Shown: piece after piece, positions 1 through 13,513 of the stretch | How positions within the stretch are numbered: position 1 is the first letter of the stretch | Layout: every line of letters begins with the position of its first letter | Source: Eledone cirrhosa | Lineage: Eukaryota | Length of the DNA: 64,000 nt | Reading direction: 5' to 3' | NCBI GenBank assembly: GCA_964016885.1 | Contig: OZ024740.1 | Coordinates: forward strand, 190,154,001-190,218,000 | Notes under the pieces: model-generated | The model's database searches: none | The model's input: the letters and a program-made list of their open reading frames with translations, nothing else | Told to the model about the DNA's origin: nothing | Program-made: the position numbers and the translations under genes

Positions 1-2651
1 GTAACAGACATATCAATTAGCAGGCATACCCTCCTTTGAAAGTCCTTCAATATTATATCAGGTCTATTTGCATCTATTTTTCGGTCTGTTTGGATGCTAA
101 AGTTCCACAAGATTGAGATGTGATATTTTTCAAGTATGGGAGGTGGTGGATGCTCCCACCAATTCTTTTGATGGGGCAGGTCAAAATGCTTACACATTAT
201 CCAATGTATGTATTGTGCAGCTCTGTCATGCCTGTTTAGGTATTCGGTTGGACCTATAGGACTGCACATTGAAATTATATGGTCAATGGTCTCTGGTTGT
301 TTTTTGCATACACGGCATAATGGGCTGCACCCATTTTTTATTATGTTGGCTTGGTAATTTTTTGTTGGCAGACACTGATCTTGTGCGGATATAATCAGTC
401 CTTCAGTCTCCGATTTCAGTCCAGAGGATGCCAACCACTGATGGGTTAATGTTTTGTCAACATCAGGATTGTTAGCTCGCTCTGGGTATTTTCCATACAG
501 AGGCTTTTCTTGCCATTTCTTAGCCAGTTTCTGTAGCAGTTCTTTCTTTGCAGTTACTTTTACCTGCTTTGCTTTTTCTGTGTTTTCCATTTCAGCAGTA
601 AATGGGACTTCTGAAATTTGTAGTCCATTACTGTATCTTTGTGCATCTTTTGTAATGGAATATGATCTTTTGGTGCTTTCGTGTTTCAAAACGAGTTTGA
701 TCATCCAATCATGTGATTCCCTTAGATATGTGGATAATCCAATTGTTGCAGTTTTCAACGCAATGTCTAACTGGATTAACCCACGTCCTCCTTCTTTCCT
801 AGGGAGATATATTCTATCTATGTCTGCCTTAGGGTGATGCATTCTGTGCATGGTTAAGAATTTTCGGATTTTTGTATCGAGCCTACGGATCTCTGTGCTT
901 GACCAGTTGATGACATTGTAACTGTAGGTTACTACTGGTATGGCAAGCGTGTTTATGGCATCGATCCTATTCCTTACATTCAATTCCGTTCTTAAGATAG
1001 TTCTGACTCTGCGGTAACATTCCTTCCTTTTCCTTTCCCTCATTGTCGAGTGCTTGATTCCGTCTCCTTCACAAACACCTAGATATTTGTAAGTTTGTTC
1101 TTGATCAAGCTCTCTTATCACGTTCCCCCGATCAAGATTAATGTCTGAACTCTTCAGCAGCTTTCCTCTGGTGAACGTTGCTTTGGCGCATTTATCCAGT
1201 CCAAACTCCATTTTAATGTCATCACTGAACTGCTTCACAGTGGATAATAGCCCTTGCAATTGTTCATCATTTTTTGCGAATAGTTTCAGGTCATCCATGT
1301 AGAACAGGTGATTAATGGTTTTGTCATAGACTCTATATCCATGTTTTGTTTCATTGAGAATTTTACTTAATGGTATAAGTGCGATGCAGAATAAAAGCGG
1401 TGATAAAGAGTCACCCTGAAAAATTCCACAATTAATGTTAACTTCTCCAGCTTCCAGTGATTTTGTTTCACTATTCAAAAGGAGTGTCGTTCTCCATGTC
1501 CTCATACTGAATGACAAAAACCTCCTGACAACGGGGGATATTTTGAAAATCTCTAAACATTTTTCAATCCAACTGTGTGGCAAACTATCAAATGCTTTTT
1601 TATAATCTATCCAAGCAATCGATAGATTTTTGTGTCTATTATGACAATCTTCCAGTATCATTTTGTTAACCAGAAGCTGATCCTTACAGCCATATGAGCC
1701 TCGTTTACACCATTTCTGCTCAATGGGAAATAGGTAAATTGTTATCAGGTGGTCATATGTGTATTCAGTTAGGACTGATGTTAAAATTTTATACATTGTG
1801 GTCAAGCAGGTTATCGGTCTGTAATTTTGGGGATTGTTTGTCTCATCATTCTTCGGTAGCAGGAATGTAATGCCGTTAACTAGCCATGATGGTATCTTTT
1901 CTGGCTCCTTAACTATTTCATTGTAAAGTTGGGCTAACAGCTCATGAGACTCGGTGAAGGCATTTATCCAAAAGTTTTGTATTTTGTCTTTTCCTGGGGA
2001 TTTCCATTTGCTGGTTTTTCTTAGAGCCAAGCGCAGCTGTTCAACTGTTATATTTTCCCATGTTTGTTCTTCAAGGTGAGCTGTTTCTTTCATTTGTCTT
2101 TCTATCCATGGGGCATGTATGTTATGAACTTTTTCTTCGTCCAGATCTTTTCCCATAATTCTTGCACTTCCTCCTTGGGTGGTATTGATTTAGCAGTTAT
2201 TGTTGACTTACCAATTTTTCTGTAGAAGTTTATTTGGTTGTTTTTGAACATATTATTGTCCTTATAGAATCTAGATCGTTTTTCAAAGCGCCTTATACGA
2301 GCAGCTTTGGCCGACACTTTTTGCTTGATTGTTTCTATCAGCATGTCTATGTCACATGTTGATCTTATACTGTACTTTTTTTTCAATTTTCTAAGTTTAG
2401 TTTGTTTAACATGTTCACCTACTTTATAGTTTGTTAAAATTTCTATGTCAGATCGGAGAAGGTTTATTTGGCGATTGATGTTATCTTGCCAAGTAGATTT
2501 CTTGTGGGAATTCCTTTGTTTTTTCATCTTCACTCCACATAAGTGAGTGGTGACTTTAGCCGATGCATAATAGAGATGATTTAAGTCAGTAATATTTATT
2601 TTGTTTGTGATGATAATGTTTTTGAGAATTATGTTAGTCTTGTGTATTATC

Positions 2652-2655
<4 letters not shown>
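1..2655 (-). mobile_element. R4/Dong-like RLE non-LTR retrotransposon, family A, copy 1 (5'-truncated, runs off the left edge, disrupted ORF)
   Basis: Minus strand encodes RT motifs ([25 protein letters not shown]), the CCHC knuckle CRVCKKQPETIDHIISMC, RHD and NRPD. Positions 1-1510 are near-identical to 13904-15410. Abuts (TTA)n at 2656. Confidence 0.9.

Positions 2656-2719
<64 letters not shown>
2656..2719. repeat. (TTA)n microsatellite joining Dong-A and the Tx1 5' end
   Basis: Direct sequence ttattatta... Confidence 0.95.
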
Positions 2720-4590
2720 GGCGACCTACGTAAGAAATCGTATTATCGTGAGCTCCGCAAAGGTTTGTTGTATTCAGTTGTTTCAAATTGCAGGTTATGG
2801 AAAGTTTTTGTTGTTAAGTATTTATAAGTTCACATATATTGCTTTCTGAAAAGGACACTCAAAAAGATTGGGGTCTTGAGCCCAAAATTTAAACTTTTAT
2901 AATTATCAAACAAAAAATTGATTTGGAAATATCATGGAGGACTCACAGCCACAACAATCTGACAGCCTTCCTCACAAACTAACACCTCACAACAACACCA
3001 CCATTGTAAATATTACTACGTTTGAGAACACTAAAAATATAAGCAGTAGCAATAATTTAAATTTGTCTCATGCTAACATGTATTTCCCGCCAATAACTGC
3101 AGGTGTTAAATTACCAATAACTGCAGGTGTTAAACCGCCACCCCCACCACCAGAAACAACAGAAACAAAATAAAAAAATAAATTATTATCTCGTGACATC
3201 GAAATGGATTCACCCAGAATCGACTCTACCACACCGAACACAACTGACGCCACCACCACCACAACTGAAAATAAAAATATCAATAACAAAAATAACAATA
3301 ACAACAACAGCAACAACAACAATGTGATTAACAACAAAAACATCAACACCAACGCAAATGTGTTGTTTGCTACAGCAGCCAAGAAATGCGAAACAATCGA
3401 GGTAATTCAGGAGTAATTAAATGAAGCCAAGAGAATGGTAAGGAAAGATGGGTACATGGTCAGTCTCCCACCTCCCCCACCCCACGCCCCGCACCTAATA
3501 AAATGGAGCGTCGACGCCTATGCACCGTGTCTTATCGGACGATTAACACAAAATCGCGCCGAGTGGAACGGGCATCCGAGTCCCAAATCAAAAATGCTTT
3601 GGGAATTGTTTGGGCGAAAAAAAACCTCATTAGACGTGGGCAGAAATATGGAACCGTGGACGTGTTCTTTGGAACACCACTAGAGGCCAGTGAGCACGCC
3701 ATGGCCCCATTATGTAGCGATGACTTTACACTCGTCCCAAGCTATTGTGGCCAGAGACTCGTGAAGATCAGTGTGACCCACGTTCCATCGGCAATCGAAA
3801 TTCCCTGGCTAATGGCTGCCGTCATTGCCGGCATCGAATCCAACATCTAAATAATTGAAATATCAAAAGAAAAGCAGGAGAACTGGTCCGGATCTGGGAT
3901 GGAGCTCCTGATCCAAGCGGACTAAAAACACCTTGAGGAAATCCCAGAGGTAAAAGACCACACTGACGGCAGCCACCTCACCGTAATCGTCGATGTTAGA
4001 AGGCATAGGTGTGTCGTTTGTGGTGAAGGAACCCACCTAAAGACTTTCTGCCCTCAGGCTAAAAAAAGATGAGGCCACCTCTCTTACCCACACCAGTGAC
4101 TCAACCATCAACACCACCAGCAGCAGAAATGGCAGCAACAACTGTAGCAACAACAACAGAAGCAACTGTAGCAGCAACAACCCCAGCAACAGTAGCAAAA
4201 CCAACACCACCACCACCCACCACACCAGAACACCAACACCTGTGGAGGATTTTCATATCGCCGACCTATCGCGACTGGAGACATATTGTGACGACTATGA
4301 GTGGGAAACTGTATCAGGAAAAAAGAAAAAAAAAGAAATAGAAGCCGAAAAAGAAAAAAATCATTTTCCTACCCCCTCCAAAATCAAAATACAGAGGGAA
4401 ACAAATAAACTATTAAACAAAAATGTTAAGACAGCTATGCCACTATCCACACCAGCATCACCAACATTAACCCGAACACCACCATCACCAACACCACAAA
4501 AGTCACCAAAAGGCGAAACTGAAACAAACGCAAACAAAACAAAACGACCAAAACGACACCCAGTACACAGCATTAAATTCGAACAACAAA

Positions 4591-4772
4591 CGGTAGATTG
4601 GCAGTATCGGTGGAGGGTCGGACGCCATGCTTTCCAGCATAGTTACGTCCCTTTACGATCTGAGTTCAAATCCCGCCGAGGTTGACTTTGCCTTTCATCC
4701 TTACGGGGTCGATAAAATAAAGTACCAGTTATTCACTGGGTAATTGCTGGCCTTGTGCCTAAAGTAGAAACA
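4591..4772 (+). mobile_element. SINE inserted in Tx1 copy 1, with about 20-bp target-site duplication
   Basis: B-box-like GAGTTCAAATCC and body GACTTTGCCTTTCATCCTTACGGGGTCGATAAAATAAAGTACCAGT. Flanked by attaaatt(c/t)gaacaacaaac on both sides. The empty site is seen in Tx1 copy 2 at about 21788. Confidence 0.85.
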
Positions 4773-5089
4773 ATTAAATTTGAACAACAAACAATTATTA
4801 CACTACATCTAACACAACACCAGCATCACAGAAAAAGACTACACAACAACCCAAAAGTTCACACCTCCTCCACACATACAAATCACTCACATCACACAGA
4901 AAACGTACACGACACTAAAACAAAAATTCCTCAAAGACATCGGAGACTTCTGACAAACACTCTCCAGTAGGATTTATAAGGACATCCTTCCTGAGGAGGC
5001 CACAGGTAGTGAAAAGGATGGAGAAACCATCCTTCCTCTACGAGAATTAAGGTAAGTAGTCTTTCCCATCTTTTCCACTCCATTTCAAC

Positions 5090-8000
5090 ATGACCTCACT
5101 CAGAATAGGCAGCATAAATGCGCGTGACTTGGGGTCATCATGAAAGCAAGGCCACCTGCTCAACGACCTCAGGTCACTAAACATAAATGTAGTGGCCATC
5201 AGCGAGACCAGAATCTCCGAAGCACGGGCCTTCGAACTGATCTTCCGCGGCTGTGATGTGTACGCATCTCCCAGCCGTGCTGCATCGGGGGGAGGAGTTG
5301 CTGTGCTTTTTCGGAGAGGTTTGGATCTCGCCATACGGGCCATCTTCCTGGACCCAGAATGTAAGTTGGTGAGGCTGGACGTGATCAGCGGAGACGGGCA
5401 AGATTTCAGGCTAGTGGCAGTCTATCCCGCAACAGGAGCAGGGCGGCCTGATTTCTTCCGGCGTCTGGAGACCTTACTTGGTACATCCCGCTCTTTAGTG
5501 TCAGTGGGCGATCGGAACGGGATCTTAGATGCACGCTGGGATAGTTTGGGATTAGCGGATAGAGGAGGAGGGTTCAAGAGCCTCACTAACCTGCTCAGGT
5601 GTTTTGAACTCTCTGAAAGGTACCGATTAGATTTCCTGAATGTGCCAATGTGGACTTGGACAAACCGTATCGGGTCATCCAGATCATATCTAGATAGAGT
5701 ATGTTGTAGGGAAATAGATAGGTGTAGCATAGGCTGTCCACAATCCAAGATAGTCAGCTACATGGACCACAAATTGGTGATCTGTGTGCTTGACTTAGAT
5801 AGGCGTCATAGACAAGGACCCGGCTAATGGAAACTAAACGCGTCCTTACCATCGCGCAAGGCCTACAGAGACTGGATTAGCGAACTAGTTAAGCGGGCTT
5901 TGACGGGGGCCATCGTCAACAACAGGTGGTGGTTTTCTCTGAAAAGAGCGATTAGAATAGAAATCATTAGGTTTAGTAGGGCTTTAGGTATAGAGAAAAA
6001 TAAAGCAGACGGAAAACTTTTATAGAATTAGACGAGGCGCTTAGCGAAGGCTTCGCGACCGACGTACTTGCGGCGAAATAGGCCCTTGACCAATTCTTCA
6101 ATGCAAAGCCCGAAGGCTTCGTTGTCAGAGCTAGGGTGCGTGTTAACAGACACGAGGGGATGAAAGACGTTCAATGGGACTGAGTGTCGGTGGCGCGTCC
6201 TGGCAAGTCACGATATAGTCTTTGGTGGACCACGACGGGCACATGCTACTCGATGTCTGAAGCTTTTCAGCGCACTTCGCTCCGCTGTTTAGCAAAAGCG
6301 GCAGGCCGGATCGAGGGACGGACTTTAGTGTCTACCACGACGGACTGCCACGGCTCTCGGCCACTGGGGCAGAATGTTGCGAAAAGCCGATAACAGCCGC
6401 TGTAGTACGGGAGGCAATGACTGGCTGCAGAAGGGGTAAATCGCCTGGTTTGGAAGTCTGCCCTATGAACTTTACGTACAGAAGCCAGACTTGTTCGGAG
6501 ACCTCTTGGCGGATGTGTACTGCAACTGGAAACAGAAAGAATTCGCAGCTCTGGTGAGCCGTGAAGCTGTGGAGCTGCTGAGAAAGGATCCGAACAAGGG
6601 GGATACCATAGATAATTTCAGGCCCATAAATCTGCTAAACACAGAGTTCAAGATTTCGGCCAAGGTGCTAGCAAAGAGGTTGGCGCTTGTTGTTGGTGGT
6701 CTAGTGGGAGTGCCGCAGACATGCACCATTTCCGACAGATCCATCCACGATAACCTCCACCTCATGCGATACATCGTGGGGAGGGTAGATAGGGAACGTG
6801 GCACGGGTGGGTCTTGGTCAATTTAGATCAGTCGAAAGCTTTCGATAGGTTCGACCATCGTTACCTAGCGGCTGTGCTGAGAACGGTTGGCTTTGGGCCC
6901 GTCTTCAGAGATTAGATCGCTGCCATGCACAGCGACATCTGCTCTGTGGTGAGAGTGAACGTTCACCTCTCGGAACCGTTCAACAGTATCCGCTCGGTCC
7001 GCCAAGATGTCCTCTCTTTTCCCTCTTGTACGTATTTACTCTCCAGCCATTACTGCACAACTGGAGACGTTGAGGGTGGCCCCGCGCGAACTAGGATGCG
7101 GAAGATCCGTGCCAGCATATGCGGACGATGTCACCCTAGTGGTGTCGAACACCAAACACATCGAGGCGATCGGCACTACCCTATGAGAATACGAAGCGGT
7201 GACAGGAGCAATGATCAACCTGGAAAGGTCAGTGAGCCTGCAGCTCGACACCTGGAGAGGCAGGTCCATGCCGTCCAACAGCGTCGTCGGGCGTACCGGT
7301 TCAGTTGCTAAGGGTCTGGTTCTGTCCGGACCTCCAGACAGACAAAAACTGGGATGCGGTGACGATCAGGGTGGGTTCTCTCACCCAGAAATGGGCGGAG
7401 AGGAAGCTATCCCTGAAAGGTCGAATAGGAGGTGGCTAACGCGTACATCGCGTCCGTCATCTACTACCGCCTGACCGTCGTACCTCGTCCTAGGCCTCTC
7501 CTGACTGCGCTGGAACGTTTGCTCTTTCGCTTTTTGTGGAAGGGACGCGCTCCGATGGTCAGGCAGTCCATCTGCTGTCAACACCCGTTACGTGGAGGCC
7601 TGGGCAGCCCGTGGCTGATGATGCGCAGACACGCTCTCAGGCTACGACATCTCCACCTCTTCCTCGACGGTGATCAGGTGTGATCGCCGTTTGCTAGACG
7701 TGTCTTTCCCCAGCTTGTCTCCTTGACGGAGCTGCAGTCATGGGTCAAGCGAAGACGAGAGGGAGCGCTTGGAGACTAAAATGTCTTCAGGCGCTCACAG
7801 CCCTCGACCAATCGGGCAATGGAAGGTGGAAACTCCACCATGGCGTTCTATAGAGGATTAGTGGAGGGGAAGTGCGACGACGTACTTGGGGAATCTCTAG
7901 GCGTCGACGAAAATCAACTAGCCAATGTCTTCGGAAGAACTTTCGCGCCGCGCCCTATCGACAACTTCCAGAAATACCTGGCCTGGCTGTGCTACAGAGG

Positions 8001-8447
8001 AGCGTTGCCAGTTCGGGATTAATTCTACAGACATGGAGGTGCCGCAAGCCGAGCATGTCCGAGATGCGCACAGGGCGAAGAAACCGTCCTGCAGGCACTC
8101 GTCCAGTGTCCGAGCATTGCTGACTTGTGGGTTTATGGCCAACACCTGCTGTCGCGTGTAAGACGGATCCAGCTATCTGCTGAGTCCATCGTGAGGATTG
8201 CCCACCCTCTTCCTTTAGCCGGGAAGGGCAGGCAATTTTTATCTGTCTGGTGGCCATGACGAAAGAGATAGTATGGTGGACACGTTTGAAAGGGCTGAAG
8301 ACGAGCACTTACCTCTTCGATGATGCCCTGATTAACCTTTTCAAATTTCATTTGAAAAGGAAAATCAGGGTAGAGAGGGAAGTGCTCTCTTCCAAGCATT
8401 TCATTGAAAGACAGGTGAGAGAGGCCAGAATGGCCCGAGTAGATTAA
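5090..8447 (+). pseudogene. Tx1 ORF2 (APE endonuclease plus reverse transcriptase), broken by stops and frameshifts
   Basis: ORF fragments 5192-5827, 6491-6826, 7432-7683, 7819-8022 and 8250-8447 are collinear L1/Tx1 ORF2 pieces. Confidence 0.85.
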
Positions 8448-8719
8448 ATTAAAGGTGGAAACATGCGAGAGAGCACTTGCCCTGGGGGTCAGGGTCACTG
8501 TGGCTTTTTAATGGGCATTCTTCACGAATGTCCCTTGGAAGTCTGCCCAGTATTGGGGAATTTTTCAGTGTTTTTTTTTTTTTGTTACATCCTCTGTGGT
8601 TGCTTTTTACACGCAGCAATGCCCATTTGTAACATACTGCATTGTCCTGTGCTGTCCTTAATGTCTACTTTATGTAAACCCTTGCGGTTAATAAAGAAAG
8701 CATTATTATTATTATTATT

Positions 8720-11700
8720 GTTCTTTGAGTCTCAGTCATTGATGTTAGTTAACTAGAAAGTTTGTTGAAATGAATATCAAGCCACTACCTGCAGCCTCAG
8801 ATATTCAGGACGTCGCGGAGGGTTCTTGCTGTTCCCAGCGAGCATGCCTTTTGAAGTGTTCCAAAATGTGGGGCGGGCCCAATTTTCTTTAACCATCCCT
8901 TGAAACATTTTGAGATAGTACCTATTGCGCCTATGACAATCGGGACCACTTTGACTTCATGGCAGTTCCAAATCCTTTTTACCTCCCACTTTAAGTCCTG
9001 GTACCGGTTAATTTTCTCCCTCTCCTTCTATTGCACTCTCGTCTCGAATGAGCAGGCCACATACACAATCAGGCCCGATCTTTTTTCCTTGTCCAAAACC
9101 AACAGGTTAGGTCTATTGTGTTCCAGTTTCTTGTCCGTCTGTATCCTAAAATCCCACAGCACCTTCACCTGATCGTTTTCTATCACCGACTCTGGCTTAT
9201 GCTCATACCACTTCTCAGCATGTGGTAAATTGTTTACTTTGAATAGGTGCCAGTGGATCACCCTGCCCATCACATCATGTCTCCAGCCTTTATAGTGAGT
9301 CTGGGCTAGGTGTTTACACTCGGATACAATGTGAGCCACAGACACATCTCTCTCTCCAGATATCCTGCACAGTAGGCTAGCCTCCTCCTTGTAAATATTG
9401 TGTTTCAACCACTTCGTTTTGAGGGCCTGCTCTTGCGCAGCCATTAGCATTCATTCTGTAGCCTTTTTAATGTCTCCTCTTTTCAACCAGTTCCATGTCT
9501 GAGGATCTCTGAATTCAGTTTTCTCAAAGAAGGTACTACGAAGGGATTTTTCATGAAGGCTGCTCTTTCTCTTTGTTATTTTTTTACTCCACGGACATCC
9601 CCTGGTATATTGTCCTCTCCTTCAGAACAATTCTGAGCATTGGCTCCTTACTATCAGTCACGTATTTGTGTAGGTTGTTTTTCTCCATATGAACACAGTC
9701 CTCTATTCTGATAAGACCTCTTCCACCTTCAGATCTCCTTAAGTAGAGTCTATCGACATCACTCCTCTTGTGGAACATGTTGTAGATAGTCAATAGCTTC
9801 CTAGTCTTCCAATCCATTTCTTTTTGTTCAGCAAAATTCCATCTCAGAATTCCCGCACTGTACCTAATAATATACACAGTTCGGGAATTTACTACACTTA
9901 TGGCATTCCTACTGTTCAGGTGTGACTTTAATTCGCTCCTTACTCTCCGTATATATTCAGATATTATCAAGTCCTTCATTTTTTTGTCCTTGATGTCATC
10001 TGCCCCCATAACACCCAAATGCTTGTATTCTTATTCAATGTCAATTTCCTTTATCATCTCATCTGTTGGTAACTGGATTCCATGGCTCCTGCTCAATTTA
10101 CCCTTCTTCATCACAAGGACTCCACACTTACTTATACTAAATTGCATACATATATCATTGCTGAAAATACGGACAGTGTCAACAAGCACAGCCAACTCAC
10201 TCTTCCCGAAGAGCTTAAGATCGTCCATGAAGAGGAGGTGATTGATGGTAAGGTCTCCCTTTCCCAACTTGTATCCTGCTCTCACTTTTCGCAGTATAAG
10301 GGTCAGGGGCATCAGGGCAAGGACAAACAACAGAGGGGACAGGCTATCTCCCTGGAAGATACCTCTCTTGATCTTCACGCCTCCCAAGGATTCTCCAGCT
10401 CATGTTAACTCTGTTTTCCAGGACTTCATACTTTTCCCCAACAACTGTATGATGTTATCTGCCACCTTGAAGATATCTAGGCTTTTATTGATCCAAGTAT
10501 GAGGAACCATGTCAAATGCCTTTTTGTAGTCTATCCATCCCATTGCAAGACCAGTGTGTCTCCTCTTGTTTGTGTGGAGGTGATGGGAGATTTCCTCAGA
10601 CACAATGCTTGTCAACACTTTCCACATTACGGACAGAGATGTGATAGGTCTAAAGTTGGTAACATTATTACCCTTGATTCGGTATTTTATTACCAGAACT
10701 GTTGTACCTTTTGTCAACCACTCTGGTACCTCACCTGATATCAAGCAGTCATTGAACATGGGTGTCAGTTTCAGGTGGAGGGAAGTTATATTTTTAATCC
10801 AATACCCTTGCACACTATCTGGCCCTGGTGATTTCCAGTTAGTTAGTATATTGGCCTGCCACTTAAGAGTTTCAACTGTGATACTCAAATCAGTTTGTTG
10901 GTGTGTCTGTTCACTAATCTCCTTTTGTACTGTCTCAATCCATACTGACTGGTCATTATGTTTAACATCCTGCTCCCATATTCTTCTCCAGAATGTCTTA
11001 GTTTGTTCCGCCTCAGGGATCAAGTTGTTGCCTCTTTCTTTCCGTTCAAGCTGTACAAACAACATCTACTGGTCGTGGTCAAACATGCGGTTGTATCTAT
11101 ACTGACTGACTCTGCTCTCGAATCGCCTAATTTTTTAACTCTTTGCTACAATGCGTTGCTTCCGTTCCTCTATGATAATATTTAGCTTTTTCCTCCTAGT
11201 TTTGTACTTTATTTCCAGTCTATTTTTAGTGTCTATGTTTTTTAGTGTCCCATTCAGTAGAGCCTCAAGCTTTCCAATGTCATTTCTCATTTCCCTGATT
11301 TGACCATTCAGTCGTTTCTTCCACCAATGTTCTGATCTTTCTTGTTTGTTGTTTCCTCTCGCTTTTATGCCAAGTAATTTCCTCACCGCATTTGCTGTTG
11401 CTTTGAGGATATTATTGCACTTGTGAAGGCTCCTCGCCTCAAAGTATGGCATGACTTTGTTTACCTTAGCTGTTGTTTCTTTAACTCTTTCCTGTCTACA
11501 AATCTTAGGTTCATAGGATTCCCACTATCATTGTTCAATTCATCTAGCACTAAGTTTAGGTTATCAACCAAATATTGTCCTAGCCCCTCTCCATCTCCAA
11601 GCTAATCTCTCTGTTCAGTTCCTCCAGTTCCAGCTCGCTTATCCACCCATTAGTTCTTATTACACGTGCCTGCCTGGCCAATGTTTATTCATCTAATTTA

Positions 11701-12077
11701 AATAGACCAATCTCTTTCCAGATGTTATGCATCCGTTTCCTATAGCCTTTCGCCTTGGGGTTACTCTTCAGGTAACATTGCATAACAGTTCTATCCAATT
11801 CTTTCGTCCAGTTGGTTCTGGTCCCTTTCCTTCTTCTCCCTCCGACACCAGCAGTATTTATTTGACAGCCAGGTCCCTGCTGCTGAGCCAAGGATCACAT
11901 GCTGGATGAGAGTCTGTCACATGATATCCCAGTCTCCACTTCACCGTTATTCGAACTGTTTAGGTTCGACATCTAAACACTCTTATCGATGATTGGTGAA
12001 TGTATGGTTACATAACCAACGGTGATTTCATCACCCCCGGTGATGTTAGTGTGGCACTATCATGCTGTAGACGAACA
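8720..12077 (-). mobile_element. R4/Dong-like RLE retrotransposon, family B, copy 1 (both ends present, internal deletions, decayed)
   Basis: N-terminal Myb-like RTNWTKELDRTVMQCY...[21 protein letters not shown] / [13 protein letters not shown]-terminal RHD/NRP motifs. 5' end ...ctgtagacgaac is shared with 19097. Confidence 0.9.
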
Positions 12078-12095
12078 TAAATTAATTATTACAAT

Positions 12096-12209
12096 ATGAG
12101 TTCAAATCACGCCGAGATTTACTTTGCTTTTCATCCTTACGGGGTCGATAAAATAAAGTACCAGTAATTCACTGGATAATTGCTGGCCGTGTGCCTAAAG
12201 TAGAAAGAA
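12096..12209 (+). mobile_element. SINE fragment (same family as 4591) ending in (TTA)n
   Basis: tgagttcaaatcacgccgag...ggggtcgataaaataaagtaccagt...cctaaagtagaaag. Confidence 0.85.
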
Positions 12210-12235
12210 TTATTATTATTATTATTATTGTTGTT

Positions 12236-13476
12236 ATTCCTTGAATCTCAGTCATTGATGTTGGTTAACTGGAAAGTCCGTTGGATTGAATATCAAGCCA
12301 CTACCTGCAGCCTCAGATATTCAGGACGTATCGGAGGGTTCTTGCTGTTCCAAGCAAGCATGCCTTTTGAAGCGTTCCAAAAAGCGTGAAGGGTCGATTT
12401 TCTTTAACCATCCCTGGAAACTTTTGGAGATAGTCCCCAGTGCACCTATGACAATCGGGATCACTTTGACTTCATGGCAGTTCCAAATCCTTTTCACCTC
12501 CCACTTTAGGTCCTGGTATCGGTTAATTTTCTCCCTCTCCTTCTCTTGCACTCTCGTGTCGAACGGGCAGGCTACATCCAAAATCAGACACGATCTTTTT
12601 TCTTTGTCCACAACCACCAGGTCAATTGTGTTCCAGTTTTTTGTCCGTCTGTATCCTAAAATCCCACAGCACCTTCACCTGATTGTTCTCCATCACCGCC
12701 TCTGGCCTATGCTCATACCATTTCTCAGAATGTGGTAAATTGTTTACTTTGCACAGGTGCCAGTGGATCACCCTGCCCATCACATCGTGTCTCCAGCCCT
12801 TATAGTGGGTCTGGGCTAGGTGTTTACACTCGGACACAATGTGAGCCACAGTCTCCTCTCTCTCTCCACAGATCCTGCACAGTGGGCTAGCCTCCTCCTT
12901 GTAGATATGGTGCTTCAACCACTTCGTTTTGAGGGCCTGCTCCTGCGCAGCCATTATCATTCCTTCTGTAGCCTTTTTGAGGTCTCCTCTTCTCAACCAG
13001 TTCCATGTCTGTGGATCTCTAAATTCAGTTTTCTCAAAGAAGGTACTATGAAGGGATTTTCCCTTAAGGCTGCTCTTCCTCCTTGATGTTATTTCCTCCT
13101 TGGACATCCCCTGGCCTACTGTCCCCTCCTTCAGTACAGTTCTGAGCATTGGCTCCTTACTATAGGTCACGTATTTGTATAGGTTGTTTTTCTCCATCTG
13201 AACACAGTCCTCTATGCTGATAAGACCTCTTCCACCCTCAGATCTCCTTAGGTAGAATCTATCGACATCACTCCTCTTGTGGAACATGTTGTAGATAGTC
13301 AATAGCTTCCTAGTCTTCCTATCCATTTCTTTTTGTTCAGCAACATTCCATCTCAGAATTCCCGCACTGTACCTAATAATAGACACAGCTCGGGAATTTA
13401 CTGCACTTATGGCCTTTCTGCTGTTCAGATGTGACTTCAATACGCTCCTTACTCTCCGAATGTATTCAGTTCTTAA
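12236..13476 (-). mobile_element. R4/Dong-like family B, copy 2 (5'-truncated)
   Basis: ORF 12622-13440 with CRICGEREETVAHIVSEC and RHD; ORF 12321-12617 with DVACPFD..EK..RY. (TTA)n on both sides. Confidence 0.9.

Positions 13477-13512
<36 letters not shown>

Positions 13513-13513
<1 letters not shown>

Larger units (their letters stand above)
2720..8701 (+). mobile_element. Tx1/L1-clade non-LTR retrotransposon, copy 1 (near full length, decayed)
   Basis: ORF1 remnant from 2934 with a CxxC-x4-H-x4-C knuckle near 4010-4050. ORF2 from about 5090: APE (ISETR, GDxN, YLDRV, DH), RT (FRPINLLNTEFKI, LDQSKAFDR, AYADDV) and a C-terminal CPRC..ETVL..L..C. 5' end is homologous to 53718. 3' end TTAATAAAGAAA is followed by (TTA)n. 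Confidence 0.9.
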
